Shown: piece after piece, positions 29,515-41,870 of the stretch | Layout of the letters: each line of letters opens with the position of its first letter | How positions within the stretch are numbered: position 1 is the stretch's first letter | NCBI GenBank assembly: GCA_965112735.1 | Contig: OZ218958.1 | Span: 1,860,001 to 1,924,000 of the forward strand | Direction: 5' to 3' | Source: Phaeosaccion multiseriatum | Lineage: Eukaryota > Protista > Ochrophyta, other classes | DNA: 64,000 nt | Translations under genes and position numbers: made by a program | The notes under the pieces: generated by a model | The model's input: the letters and a program-made list of their open reading frames with translations, nothing else | Told to the model about the DNA's origin: nothing | The model's database searches: none

Positions 29515-31345
29515 TGCCCACCGACTTTCTTCTTCGTGACAAGATATTCCCGGAACAATCGCTCCGCCTCCTCCAACTGGCCCTTCTCACGCAGCAGCAC
29601 CGCCAGACCGTTAAGCCTCACCGCAACAGAGGACGACTCCTGCCCGTAGACTTTCTTATCGATGGCAAGACTTTCCCGGAACAATCGCTCCGCCTCCTTC
29701 AACTGGCCCTTCTCACGCAGCAGCACCGCCAGGTCGTTAAGCGTCGCCGCAACAGAGGACGACTCCTGCCCGTAGACTTTCTTCGAGATGGCAAGACTTT
29801 CCCGGAACAATCGCTCCGCCTCCTTCAACTGGCCCTTCTCACGCAGCAGCACCGCCAGGTCGTTAAGCGTCGCTCGCCGCAACAGAGGACGACTCCTGCC
29901 CGTAGACTTTCTTCGAGATGGCAAGACTGTCCCGGAACAATCGCTCCGCCTCCTCCAACTGGCCCTTCTCACGCAGCAGCACCGCCAGCTCGTTAAGCGT
30001 CACCGCAACAGAGGACGACTCCTGCCCGTAGACTTTCTTCGAGATGGCAAGACTTTCCCGGAACAATCGCTCCGCCTCCTCCAACTGGCCCTTCTCACGC
30101 AGCAGCACCGCCAGACCGTTAAGCGTCACCGCAACAGAGGACGATTCCTGCCCGTAGACTCTCTTCGAGATGGCAAGACTTTCCCGGAACAATCGCTCCG
30201 CCTCCTCCAACTGGCCCTTCTCACGCAGCAGCACCGCCAGCTCGTGAAGCGTCGCCGCAACAGAGGACGACTCCTGCCCGTAGACTTTGACCTTGATGGC
30301 AAGACTTTCCCGGAACAATCGCTCCGCCTCCTCCAACTGGCCCTTCTGAAGCAGCAGCACCGCCAGGTCGCTAAGCGTCGCCGCAACAGAGGACGACTCC
30401 TGCCCGTAGACTTTCTTAGAGATGGCAAGACTTTCCCGGAACAACCGCTCCGCCTCCTCAAACTGGTCCTTCTCACGCAGCAGCACCGCCAGGTCGTTAA
30501 GCGTCGCCGCAACAGAGGACGACTCCTGCCCGTAGACTTTCTTAGAGATGGCAAGACTTTCCCGGAACAATCGCTCCGCCTCCTCAAACTGGCCCTTCGT
30601 ACGCAGCAGCACCGCCAGACCGTTAAGCGTCACCGCAACAGAGGACGACTCCTGCCCGTAGACTTTGACCTTGATGGCAAGACTTTCCCGGCACAATCGC
30701 TCCGCCTCCTCCAACTGGCCCTTCTCACTCAGCAGCACGGCCAGACCGTTAAGCGTCACCGCAACAGAGGACGACTCCTGCCCGTAGACTTTGTTCAAGA
30801 TGGCAAGACTTTCCCGGAACAATCGCTCCGCCTCCTCCAACTGGCCCTTCTTACGCAGCAGCACCGCCAGGTCGTTAAGCGTCGCCGCAACAGAGGACGA
30901 CTCCTGCCCGTAGACTTTCTTAGAGATGGCAAGACTGTCCCGGAACAATCGCTCCGCCTCCTCCAACTGGCCCTTCTCACGCAGCAGCACCGCCAGACCG
31001 TTAAGCGTCACCGCAACAGAGGACGACTCCTGCCCGTAGACTTTGACCTTGATGGCAAGACTTTCCCGGAACAACCGCTCCGCCTCCTCCAACTGGCCCT
31101 TCTCACGCAGCAGCACCGCCAGACCGTCAAGCGTCGCCGCAACAGAGGACGACTCCTGCCCGTAGACTTTGACATTGATGGCAAGACATTGCCGGAACAA
31201 TCGCTCCGCCTCCTCCAACTGGCCCTTCTTATGCAGCAGCACCGCCAGACCGTGAAGCGTCGCCGCAACAGAGGACGACTCCTGCCCGTAGACTTTCTTC
31301 GAGATGGCAAGACTTTCCCGGAACAGTCGCTCCGCCTCCTCAAAC
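29515..31345 (-). repeat. Tandem 126-bp coding repeat: 14 near-identical TPR units plus one partial unit
   Basis: Unit ESSSVA(A/V)TL(N/H/D/S)(G/D/E)LAVLLxxKGQLEEAERLFRESLAIxxKVYGQ, counted from the ORF translations. Confidence 0.95.
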
Positions 31346-34334
31346 TCTTCACAGAGTCTCATCAATCTCCCCACAGCAAGCAGATCCAGTAGCCGCACTG
31401 CGGCTGGCACATCTTCGCTTGCACTCAAACATTGTCGATAGAATGTCACCTGCGCTTCACGGCTGCCGTGCAGCTCGCGAACGCCCTGCCAGTACGAAAA
31501 GAGTCTGAAGGCTCCGCCAAAACAACCAACACCTGAGGATGTCTCATACATGTTACTCCTCGTCAACTGGAGATCGGCCAAGAAGGAGGCCTGACGCTCA
31601 ACGGCCTGGGGGATGAGGGTCTTGAATCGCGCTTTCCCAATGGTGTCTCTGATGTACTCTGATTGCACATCATGGGGCCGAACGCCGTCGCTTGTCCGCT
31701 GAAGCAGGGAACGACCGACAAGCAGGTCTTCAAGCACTTTTTCGGAGGACGCCTCAGACACCCCAAAAAGGTTCATCAGCATGGTACTCGAAGCCGCGAC
31801 CCCCGTTGGAAGTACGGCAAGAAGCAGGTACCTTTCTTGCGTTTGCCGGTCAAGAGCGCGAAAGCTCAATTCCACAATGCCCTCCAGCTGCACCTCTTCA
31901 CTATCTCGCACACCGGGTAACTCCAGTAACGTGATCAACACATCCTCAACCTTCTGCCAGGCCTCGTTACTGTGTTGACGTTGAACTTCGGGGAGCGAGC
32001 CAACCATAGAAACCGCGATCGCGAGATGCCCACATTTGCCCAGCAAGCGGCGCGCGGAGGAGGGGCACTCGGTCTCGTCCTTCCATCGCCAGTCTTCCAA
32101 ATGTGCTGCTTTCCGGAGAAGCTCCATGGCCTCCTTGGGCTGAAGAACATCCACCTTAACGATCGCACTCGAAGACACGACGTCTGTTTGTCTCGTAGTG
32201 ACCAACAGTTGCATTCCAGTGCCGCGGAAGAGGTCCAGCACTTGTCCGTCCGACACGTCATCTACCACCACCAGACATCGCAAGTCGTGCTCGACAATAA
32301 ACTTCCTCACGTAGGCCACGCATCCTTCTGTGTCCTCGGGAGCGCTGAACGGGAGCTGCTTCAGGAGTTGTCCTTCGATCACGTTCGAGTGAAAGTCCTG
32401 GGCGAGGCCTTGGACCAGAGGTAGCAGCATCTCCTTGACGCACCTGCCCACCTTCACCCAGAAAAAGCCGTTGCGAAACCGTTTTTGTACTTCTAAGCGG
32501 TCGATTGCTGTGCGAGCCAAGAGCGTCTTGCCCGCTCCACCCATGCCTTCCAAACACACAACTTTCTCCTCGGACATGAGAACCTCGACCAACTGATCTT
32601 CCACCTCACGTCGCTTCACATACTCTCTTGGTAGGATTGGCATCGCCCCCCGTCCAAAGGCACGGCCCAGTTCAGGAGGAGTTGCTGTACTGCTGGTCAA
32701 GTGAGCGTCGACTTTGCGAATTAGGCTCATTGCTCCCAGCGGTTTGTCCTACGGAAGCAATGCGTAGAAACGTGTGGACAGGGAGGGTCAGCCAGGCACA
32801 TGATGAGGCCATCGTTTCCTTTGGGTAGTGGGAAGAGGGCAGTGGAGTAGAGGAGTAGTGTGCGGCTGACCGCCCATTGGCCACTAGAGCGACTCAAGCA
32901 ACTCATACCACTGGCCCGCGTCAAAAACACTCCCATAGTATGAACCTCTACAAATCCTGATACACTTCAACTCGGGGAAGGAACAAACACGTCCATTACT
33001 TAGCACAAAAATATTTCCCCGGCCGGGTCCCGAGGTCCTATTTGTTTGGGCTATAAACCCGAAACAGCGGCAGTACCACTGCCAACAGGTGCTACGTCAG
33101 GGAACAGCAACAGGTCCGTCTTGCCTCGGCTCTGGTGAAGTCCAAGCCAAGTATTTTGTGACAACAGCCTGCTCTCCCCTGCTAACTCACCAGTTGCCCG
33201 TTCACCATACTCGCAGCCTCCCTGAACAGTTGTCTGTTTGAATTAATGTACGCTCGAGTAGCCACCTTGACGACTTTCATGACGTTCGTATCATCCATGG
33301 CGTGATTGCCAGCTCCGCCGTCCGGGTTCAAGCGAATGTATCGCCCTTGTAGACTGTGGCCGTCAGCCTCGCTCTCGGCAAGCAAGTGAAGGTGGGTTTG
33401 CTCACACTGTGTGGCTGTGTCGACCAGCAGCTTCATCACGTTCGACAAAGACTGATTCTCGTGGAGCTCCACGCTTTGTAGCCCCGTGCCCATCGAGATT
33501 AGAAACTCAATCTCACGGCCACGAAATTCCTCTTCGGTAAGGAGGTGTGCCAAGACATCTCGAGTCGGGTTGTTGTGACCAACGCCGCCGTCGATGTACT
33601 CCAGTCCATCTGATGAAGCGCACGCAAGCACACAAGCAACAAGAGTAAGTACAATGGTAATGGAGGAAGAATAACAGGGAGGGAAGGAACAGCAGCAGCA
33701 GGCAGAGGAAGACGCCCGGCCGGCCGGGGCCAACTCCGTTGACGCACTCACCGATCTCGATGGGCGCGAAGAAGGAAGGCGCGGCACTCGTAGCTCTAAC
33801 AGCCTGCCATGCCGGTACGTCGGACATCCCGACAGCACGGGGGACGCGGAAGTTGGTGAAGAAGAATGGATTCGCTGTGTTTCCATTCACCCTCGACACC
33901 AACCCCAAAAGTGGGGTTCTTTCTTCTCCCTCTTGCGGCCCCACGTCCTGAAGTTTCATCTCTCTGTTCTCGGTGCTCTTCTCCAGCTGAGCTTTCACAG
34001 CGTCGACCAGGTTGCCATGGTCGTAAAGGGGCCAGCCTGTGGCACCTTTCACGAACCTCAAGACGGAATCGAAATATCCTCCTCGCAGTATTCCTTTCTC
34101 GAAGACATGGCCGCTGATCTCGTTGTAGATGTCCTCGACCTCGTTCAGTGGCACTTTCAGTGCCAACAAGAGTGCCAGGATGCCCCCAGTGCTCGTGCCT
34201 ACGATGAGGTTGAACATCTCATACGGCTCCTTGTCTTCACATTTCTCAGACAGGCTCCGCAGCATTTCAATGGTGGCCGCTCCTCGGACTCCGCCCCCAT
34301 CCAAGCACAACACGCGAAGGTGGGGGCGCGACAT
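29863..34334 (-). CDS. NLR-like protein: patatin phospholipase + NB-ARC + TPR array (exons 34334-33752, 33609-33191, 32748-29863; about 1295 aa as assembled; frameshifted extension to about 29148)
   Basis: Patatin motifs LCLDGGGVRG, GTSTG, ATSAAPSFF, IDGGVGHNNP. NB-ARC Walker A GMGGAGKT, Walker B LVVVDDV, LLVTTR, CGHLAIAV, MHD-like PHD. 42-aa TPRs. Donor CTG|GTGAGT (33190) and acceptor TTCCGTAG|GAC (32749) are both phase 0 and join NGQL|DKPLGAMSLIRK in frame. Confidence 0.88.
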
Positions 34335-34911
34335 AGCCGCCCTACCGAGTGAAAGTGGTGGTGGTGGTGTGGCTTTAAAGATGAATGCTACTCCGCGCCC
34401 AAAAAGTAATGTAGTCATCACATCACAACGTGAGTTTCAGTTTTTGACTTCAACCCTTTTCTTTTCTTTCCTACTTCCTTGGTTGCTAATCAAACAAAGG
34501 GCATTCAATTCCCTTGTCCTTGGACTGTAATGAAATAAAGGCCTCTATGTGTCTGGTGTCATGCGACACGCAGCCCCTTTCCTTTGGTCCGGTGGTCCTT
34601 GGCGTTATACTTACAGATGAATTCACTCTCCTCCACCCCCTCCCCTCGGTGACAGCTCTGTCTCCCGACTACCTCCCTCCCAATTGCTCGGTGAGGCACC
34701 ATGCCGTCTCGAACCACTCGCAAGGCTTGCCAAGCCACTGCGGCCTTGCCTTGCCTTGCCTTGCCTTGCCGTGGAAGCGACAGACAGCCTCCCCCCTTTC
34801 CCCTCACAGTTGGCAGCAGTAGCCTCCAAGGAAGGCAGCAAAAACTGCGCCAAGATCGCCTTGCTTCCCCCCTTCACTCCCTCATAGGCTCACACGTTGG
34901 TGACAGCAGGC

Positions 34912-36793
34912 TCACAGGTTGTCAAGTGCTGTTTTGAGGGCCTTGAGCAGGTCCTCGGTGGTCTCCACTCCGCAGGACACACGCACAAAGCCGTCCGTGA
35001 TGCCCACCTACAGCAGTTGGTGATACAGCAGCAGAGAGTGTGGATTAGGAGTGTGCACACTTGAAAACTTCCCCTTCCGCCCCCTACTGTCCCCAACACG
35101 CACCCACTGCCATCCCCTGCCCATCCACTGCCATCCCCTGCCCATCCCCTCACCTTCAGCCGGTCCTCCTTGAGCATATTCCCGTGCGTCATAACGGCGG
35201 GACATGTGATGATGGACTCGGTGGCCCCGAGGTTCTCGCAGAGGGTCCAGGGACGCTGCACAGAGTCCATCAGCTTGCGCCCCGCCTAACAGGAGGGGTG
35301 GGAGGGGAGGGGGGGGTAGGTGGAGGGGTGGCAGTGGATGGCAGTGGGTGGCAGTGGGTGGTAGTGGATGGCAGTGGGTGGCAGTGAGTGGATATGGCTG
35401 TTGGCAGTGGATGGACGCGAGGTTGGGTCGGCTGAGGGAGAGGAGGAAGAGGGAGGGAGGGACGGAGAGAGAGACAAGGGAAGGACACGGGAGTACAGGG
35501 ACCGACGAAGCACCTTGTCCTGCAGCTCTCCCTCTCTCTCTGTGTGTGTGCGTGCTCGGCACACTCCCTCACCTCCACCCCTCCGACCACCTCGAACCAG
35601 AGCATGCTGCCGTGAATGCCGTCGGTGTGCTGCCTGTCTGCCAACTCCTTCTGGGGGAAGGAAGCAAGGCCGGGGTATCGCACAGTCTCCACCTTGGGGT
35701 GTGTCTCCAGGAACTCGGCGAGGGCCTGGGCTGTGGCGCACTGTTGCTTGAAGCGCAGGGCCATGGTCTTGCTGTTCTGCAGAATGTAAAACGCCACCTG
35801 GGGGCTGGAGAAAGGGCATATAGGCAGGTAGGCAGGTAGGCAGACAGGTAGGCAGACAGGTAGGCAGACAGGTAGGCAGGCAGGTAGGTACATGGTTTAC
35901 GGTTGGGCAGGCAGGCATAGGCAGGAGGGAAGCCTATGGGTGGGCAGGCAGCCAGTCATACAGGCAGGCAGACGCATATGGGTAGGTACATGCAAAGACA
36001 ACATACAACGCAACGCGACACTCCTCCTCCCTCCCCCCCTCCTCTCCATCCCCTCCTCCTCCTCTCCTCCTCCTACCTGAGAATGTTCCCGTGAATGTTT
36101 TGGTAGAAGCGTATCTTGTCGTCCATCTCCTTTGTGCTGCTGATCACAGCCCCCTGTGAGTGTGTGCAGAGCCAGGCAGACCACAGCACAGCACAGCAGA
36201 GAAGAGGGGGGGGGGAGACGGGGGGGAGAGGGGGAGGAGAGGGGAGGGGAGAACCCCACAAAACGAGTGGCCAAGGAGGGAAGTGGGTGATGGGTGAGTG
36301 GGTGAGTGAGTGAGTGAGTGAGTGAGTGAGCGGGTGAGTGAGTGAGTGAGGCATGGGTGTGTCGGCACAGAGCGGAGCTGAGGCAGCGAGTGAGGGAGGG
36401 ATAGATAGCAGTGGATGGGAGTGGATGGGAGTAAGCTGATCGTTGGTGTCTATCCTATCCAGCCATCCTTCAACCTCCCTCCCTCCCTCCCTCTCCTCCC
36501 TCCCTCCCTCTCCTCCCTCCCCCCGCTCCCTCCCTCCCCTCCCCTCCCCTCCCTCACTTACTCACCCCCACAGACACGTTATGCCCATCATAAAACTTGG
36601 TAAGGCTCTGCAGCGTCATGTCACAACCCAGAGCGATGGGCTTGACCATGAGGGGCGTGGCGAAGGTCGAGTCACACACATGAGGGATACCCCGAGCCTT
36701 GGCCACCGCACTCACGGCACGGAGGTCCGTAAGCGTCAGCGTGGGGTTAGCGGGCGTCTCGGAGAAGATCAGCTGTTGTGTGTGCGCGCGTGC

Positions 36794-36843
<50 letters not shown>

Positions 36844-39388
36844 GTGTGTTGTGTGTGTGTTGTGTGTGTCACGAAGGTGTGGGTGGGAAGGTGGGCAAGG
36901 ATGTAGGATTTAGAGGCTAGGTGGAGGGAGGGGGCAGGAGGAGAACACAACACAATAAACTGAAACTGAAACTGAAACGTACTTTCCCCTCGCCTGATCT
37001 ACCTTTGTGTTTGGCTTGATGGCGGCCTCGACTATCTTGGGGTCTCTGAAGTCCACAAAGGAGAAGGTGATGCCCCAGTCAGAGAACATCACGCGAGCAG
37101 CGCGGTTGGTCCCGCCTGGAGGGGAGGGAGGGAGAGAGGGAAGGGAGGGGAGGGATGGCAACAGAGGAGGGAAGGGATGGCAACAGAGGAGGGAAGGGAT
37201 GGCAACAGAGGAGGGAAGGGATGGCAACAGAGGAGGGAAGGGATGACAACAGAGGAGGGAAGGGATGGCAACAGAGGAGCGGAGGGATGGCCGCGAGTCG
37301 ACACACACAGGAAGCACAGAACAGCATCAGTGCATTGCATTGGGAGTGACTGAAAGGGCTCTGCTCTCTCTGCTCTCTCCCTCTCTCTCTCTCTGTCCTC
37401 TCCCTTTCCGCTCCCTCCCTCTCTCTCTCTCTCTCTCTCTCGCTCGTTAGCCCCTCAGCGGCTCTAATAGTCCCTCCTCTCTGCCATCTTCACCCCTCTC
37501 ACCACCTTAGTCTCACCGTAGGAGCAATCTGTGATGACGCAGTGGTCCCCAGCCTTGAGGAAAGCGCTCATGACGGTGACTGTTGCCGCCATACCGGTGT
37601 TGAAGCACACCGTCCCCTCGCCGCCCTCCAGAATACTGATCTGCGTTGGTGATACAGCAGCAGCAGAAGTTGGTGATACAGCAGCAGAAGTAGTTGGTGA
37701 TACAGCAGCAGCACCAGTTGGTGATGAGAGCTCTGTCTGGATCGAAGAGCTCTCACTCATCGCGTCTTTGCCTCTCTCTCTCTTTCTCCAGCAACTACCC
37801 TCTCTCTGTCCCCTTCGCTCTGACATACTCTGCTCCATCTGTCCTCTCCGTCCCTCTCTCTCTCCTCTCCCTCTCCTCTCTCTCTCCCTCTCTCTCTCCT
37901 TGTCCCTATCTTCCTGTCTCTCTCGATCCGCAACGCCCTCTCTCCTCTCTCCCTCTCTCCATCTCTCCTCTCTGACCATACCTTGTTCTCCAAAGTGGTG
38001 ACGGTGGGGTTGTGGGTGCGTGAGTAAGAGTACCCCTTAGACTGAGAGACAGAGACATTGGACAGGCAATGGGAGGAATAGGAAGGAAGGGCACGAGGGA
38101 GGGCAGCGAGGAAGAGGATCGGACAAGAAGGCACAGAGCAGCACAGAAGAAAGAGAGAGGTAGATGCGAGAGAGATAGGACAGGACAGAACAGCAAGGAA
38201 GGACGAAAATGGACAGGCAGGGAGGGAGAGGGAGTCGGGGCGTCAGCCAATAGCGTACACGATAACAGTGAGCATGCCATCCACCACAAGGTCCTGTGTG
38301 GTGGCACAAGGCCTTATATAGTGGTACTCAACGCATACATGGCGAGGGCTCATCACAGCGGTCGTGCTGTGGTACTGTGGGTGTGTCACAGCTTTGTCCC
38401 CAGGCTACAGGCATCATGCAGATACGAAGGAGCAGCGACGATGGGTCCTCGCCCTCTTGTGTCCATGTTCAGAAAGCATGAGGGGCATCCATCCCCACTC
38501 AGCATGGATGGGCAGGTGATCGAAGCACTCCTCCGTCCCTCATTCCCTCCTCCCCCATCTCCACCGGCCCCGTACCCCCCTCTTGTCCATGCTAACCCAC
38601 CCAGAGCCAGAGCATGAGCACCATATTGACTAGTTGCTGCTGGTCCAGTGCTGTGGGTGAATAGAGTGATACTTTGCCCTCCATTTCAGCTGGCTTACCA
38701 AGTACTTCTCGACGGAGGGCTGTACATAGGTGGTGGCCTGGACGATGGGGGTGAGGATGGCTCCCGTCTTCTCGTCAGGGAAGATGGCTGCGTGGACTAG
38801 TTGGCTGCAAGGAAGAGAGCACAGAGTGAGGGCACAGGGAGAGAGGGGTACGGAGCGAGAAGAGCAGGAGAGAGAGGAGAAGAGAAGAGAGGAAGAGATA
38901 GATAGCACAGAGAGAGAGACAGAGAGAGGATAGAGAGAAAGATATGTAAGGAGCAGAGGGGAGGAGCCGAGGGTCAGCATCTCAAGATGGGGGAGCACGG
39001 GGCTTCCTGTGTCCACATCATCATATGGCGAAATAGGATGTTGTCTGTACTACTCTGCACCGCGGTCACACTCCTCCGCTGCTGCTTCTCGAGTCGCATG
39101 TAAAGCGGCAAGAGCTCAACAATGTAGTATCCTCCGAAAAGTACGGCACCAACGCGAGCCCCACATCCCCATCGCCTCTGCGCTCCATTCCCGACCATCA
39201 CTCCACTTCTCCTCTTGCTGCTGCTGCTGCTACCGCTGCTGCTGCTCCTGCTGTCGCCCCACCCACCAGCAACTTTCAACGGGCACTTCCGCCGCAAGAA
39301 CAGCTTTCAACAATACGATTCTCCTCTCCAGGACTTACGTCTTCACCCCCTGCTCTTCTTCTGGCCATGTGCCTGAAAGGGAAGCCAT
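34912..39388 (-). CDS. PLP-dependent Cys/Met metabolism enzyme (cystathionine gamma-lyase/gamma-synthase family), about 10 exons
   Basis: TGAILTPIVQATTY, YSYSRTHNPT, FNTGMAAT, DCSYG|GTNR, SETPANPTL, VCDSTFATP, QSLTKFYDGHN (PLP Lys), VRYPGL, CENLGATESII, GITDGFVRVSCGVE. Confidence 0.93.
37147..37290. repeat. 22-bp minisatellite (GGGATGGCAACAGAGGAGGGAA), about 6 copies, intronic
   Basis: Directly visible tandem units. Confidence 0.85.
37645..37727. repeat. Four tandem copies (about 24-bp period) of the GTTGGTGATACAGCAGCA motif adjacent to a 3' splice site
   Basis: Cores at 37645, 37669, 37693 and a degenerate copy at 37718. Confidence 0.9.
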
Positions 39389-40074
39389 GTGTCTCTCTCT
39401 TTGCGCGCTTCAAGCTGGTTGTAGTGAAGAAGGATGGGACCGGGAAAAACATCAGGTTTCCGAGCCGTGGTTTTCCTCTTTTTTTTTCTCTCCTGTCTTG
39501 GCAGTCTGCAGACCGATTACATTTGTATCGACCTCTGAACGGGGAAGAAGGGTGAGAGAAGAGTAGAACCTTATGTGCAGCTACTAGACGGTCAGTGTTG
39601 CGTCGAAGATCGATACTCCCCTGGAAATTGGAGCGTCATCTTAATGGGTAAGGAGACTCCTCCTTCCCGCAGGCGTCCACGGTGACTTCCCGGCATTCGC
39701 ACACTGCCGGTGGTGCTGGTGCTGCTGGTGCTGCTGGTGCCGGAGTGAGGCATGGTACCGAGGGTGGTGTAGAGGGCCAGCAGCGTATAGCAGCAGCATC
39801 AGTAGCCGCGGCGGCAGCGGCATCAACCACCAACGTCCTCCCTCACAAACGGAAGCGAAGAGAGAGGAGCGCCGAGAAGCAAGAGGCTGAGAAGAAAGAA
39901 AAACTTACAGAAGAGGAGGATCAAGACGCGGAGGACGAGGAAGAGAAGGAGGGACACCACGAGAAGGAGTTTAAAGGAGTGCAGGACCACCACCACCACC
40001 ACCACCAGCACCAGCACCAGCAGTTGGACCACGAGCCTAATCACGAGCATCAGCATCGGCGTCTACATCAGGGA

Positions 40075-41514
40075 ATGGCCGTAGGCTCCTCGTCTTCCTC
40101 AGCTTCGACCCCGCGTGGCCCGCGAGGTTCCGGTGATGATGCTGCTGCCACGGCCAGAGCAGTTGGTGATACGGCAGTAGCACCAGCGCCAGCACCAGCA
40201 CCAGCGGCAAGAAAGGGGGCGTGGGGAGCAAGGGAGGGGACTGAGAAGCAAAGCCTACAAGAGCAAGAGCAGGGTCTCAGTGAGGGCCCCGAGTGTGGAG
40301 GGGAGGGGCCACCCCAAGAGGATGGAGACGACAGCAGGGCCTATGGGAAAGGACCCCTGTCAAGTAGTACCAAGGCTAACAACGCACGGGGGGGAGGAGA
40401 GGGAGAGGAAAGAGAGTGGCGAAGAAATTGGCTGCCGAACGGAGGGGAGGACGGGGACGAGGAGAATGAGGACCATGAGCGCGAGCAGCAGCATCAGCAG
40501 CAGCAGGAGCAGCCGGCATCTGACTCGGAAGGCGTGTCTGACTTGCCCATGCTAGCGGAGCTCCGCCAACTTGCTCGCTCGAGCCTGCAGGAGGGAATGT
40601 CTGCAGCCGGAAGCTTCTACGCTGACAAGGCTTGCTCGTTCAGCGGCCATGACAGGTACGCTTTCTACCTCTCCCTCTCTCCTTCTCTCTCGCTCCCTCT
40701 CTTCTCTCTCCTCTCTCTCTCGCTCCCTCTCTCTCCCCCTCCCTCTTTATTGACAATCATTGGCTGTGGTGTACTGGTACTGGGTAGGTGGTTGGTTTAT
40801 CCATCTGAAACTGAAAACTCTCCCCTCTCTCTGTCTTGCCTATCTCTCGGAACGACACGACACGACAGAGAGGATGTGCTGCTCCTGGCCAGGGCATACA
40901 GGGACGAAGGGGAGCACCTCAGGGCCGTGCATCTGGTGGGGAAGGTGGGTGGGTGGGTGGGGGGGGGTATCGCGACCTGAATAAATGGTCTTCACCTCCT
41001 CCCTCCCTCCCTCCCTCCCTCTCCCTTCCTCTCCGTTCCTCCCCCTCAGCACCGGCTGCTCAACACGTCGGACGAGTTCGGTCTGCGCGTGATTCACTTG
41101 GCGTCAAGGTGCCTGGTGTCAGCCAAGAAACACGAGGTGAGAGAGAGAATGGGGGGGGGAGGGAGACAGAGAGGGAGTGGGGGGGAGAGGGGGAGAGAGA
41201 GACAGAGGCTCACTCCTCGTCCGCTTCTTCTTTCTGCCGTCCTGTTCTGCCTTCTGGTGCCATCCCTTAATGACTGCCCCTCTGCTGCCATCCCTTGCAC
41301 TTATCAACAGGAGTGCATGAAGCTTCTGGAGGGGGCTCTGGGAGCAAGAGACGAAGATGCCGACGAGCTTGTTCGACACTCGAGCATGTTCGAGCATCAA
41401 CAAACCACGTAAGAGCAAGGGAAAGCAAGTAGATTCAGATAGACAGACAGACAGGCAGACAGGCAGAGAGAGAGACATACAGACTGACCCTCTCTCTCTT
41501 CGCCTTTGTCGTAT

Positions 41515-41561
<47 letters not shown>

Positions 41562-41580
41562 TTCTTCTTCTTCTTCTTCT

Positions 41581-41648
<68 letters not shown>

Positions 41649-41827
41649 TTCTTCCTCTTCCTCTTCTTCCTCTTCTTCCTCTTCTTCCTCTTGGTTCTGT
41701 GGTGCTGTGGCGGCGTGGCTTGGCGCAGGGAGGGCGGCATCAATCTGTACGCGGCCCTCTGCTGTGTACGAGGTCAGCTCTACGCCACACTCGACTACCG
41801 CCTACGGGCAGCCATCTGGCTCAAAGC

Positions 41828-41870
<43 letters not shown>

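Noticed and set aside
29515-31345. CRISPR array or diversity-generating retroelement
   Set aside because: Units are contiguous coding repeats without unique spacers. Substitutions are not adenine-restricted (GGT/GAC, CGT/CTT, TCG/TTG), and no RT or cas gene is present.
29788-31392. 534-aa antisense ORF over the TPR array
   Set aside because: It stays open only because the 126-bp unit lacks a stop in that frame; a shadow ORF.
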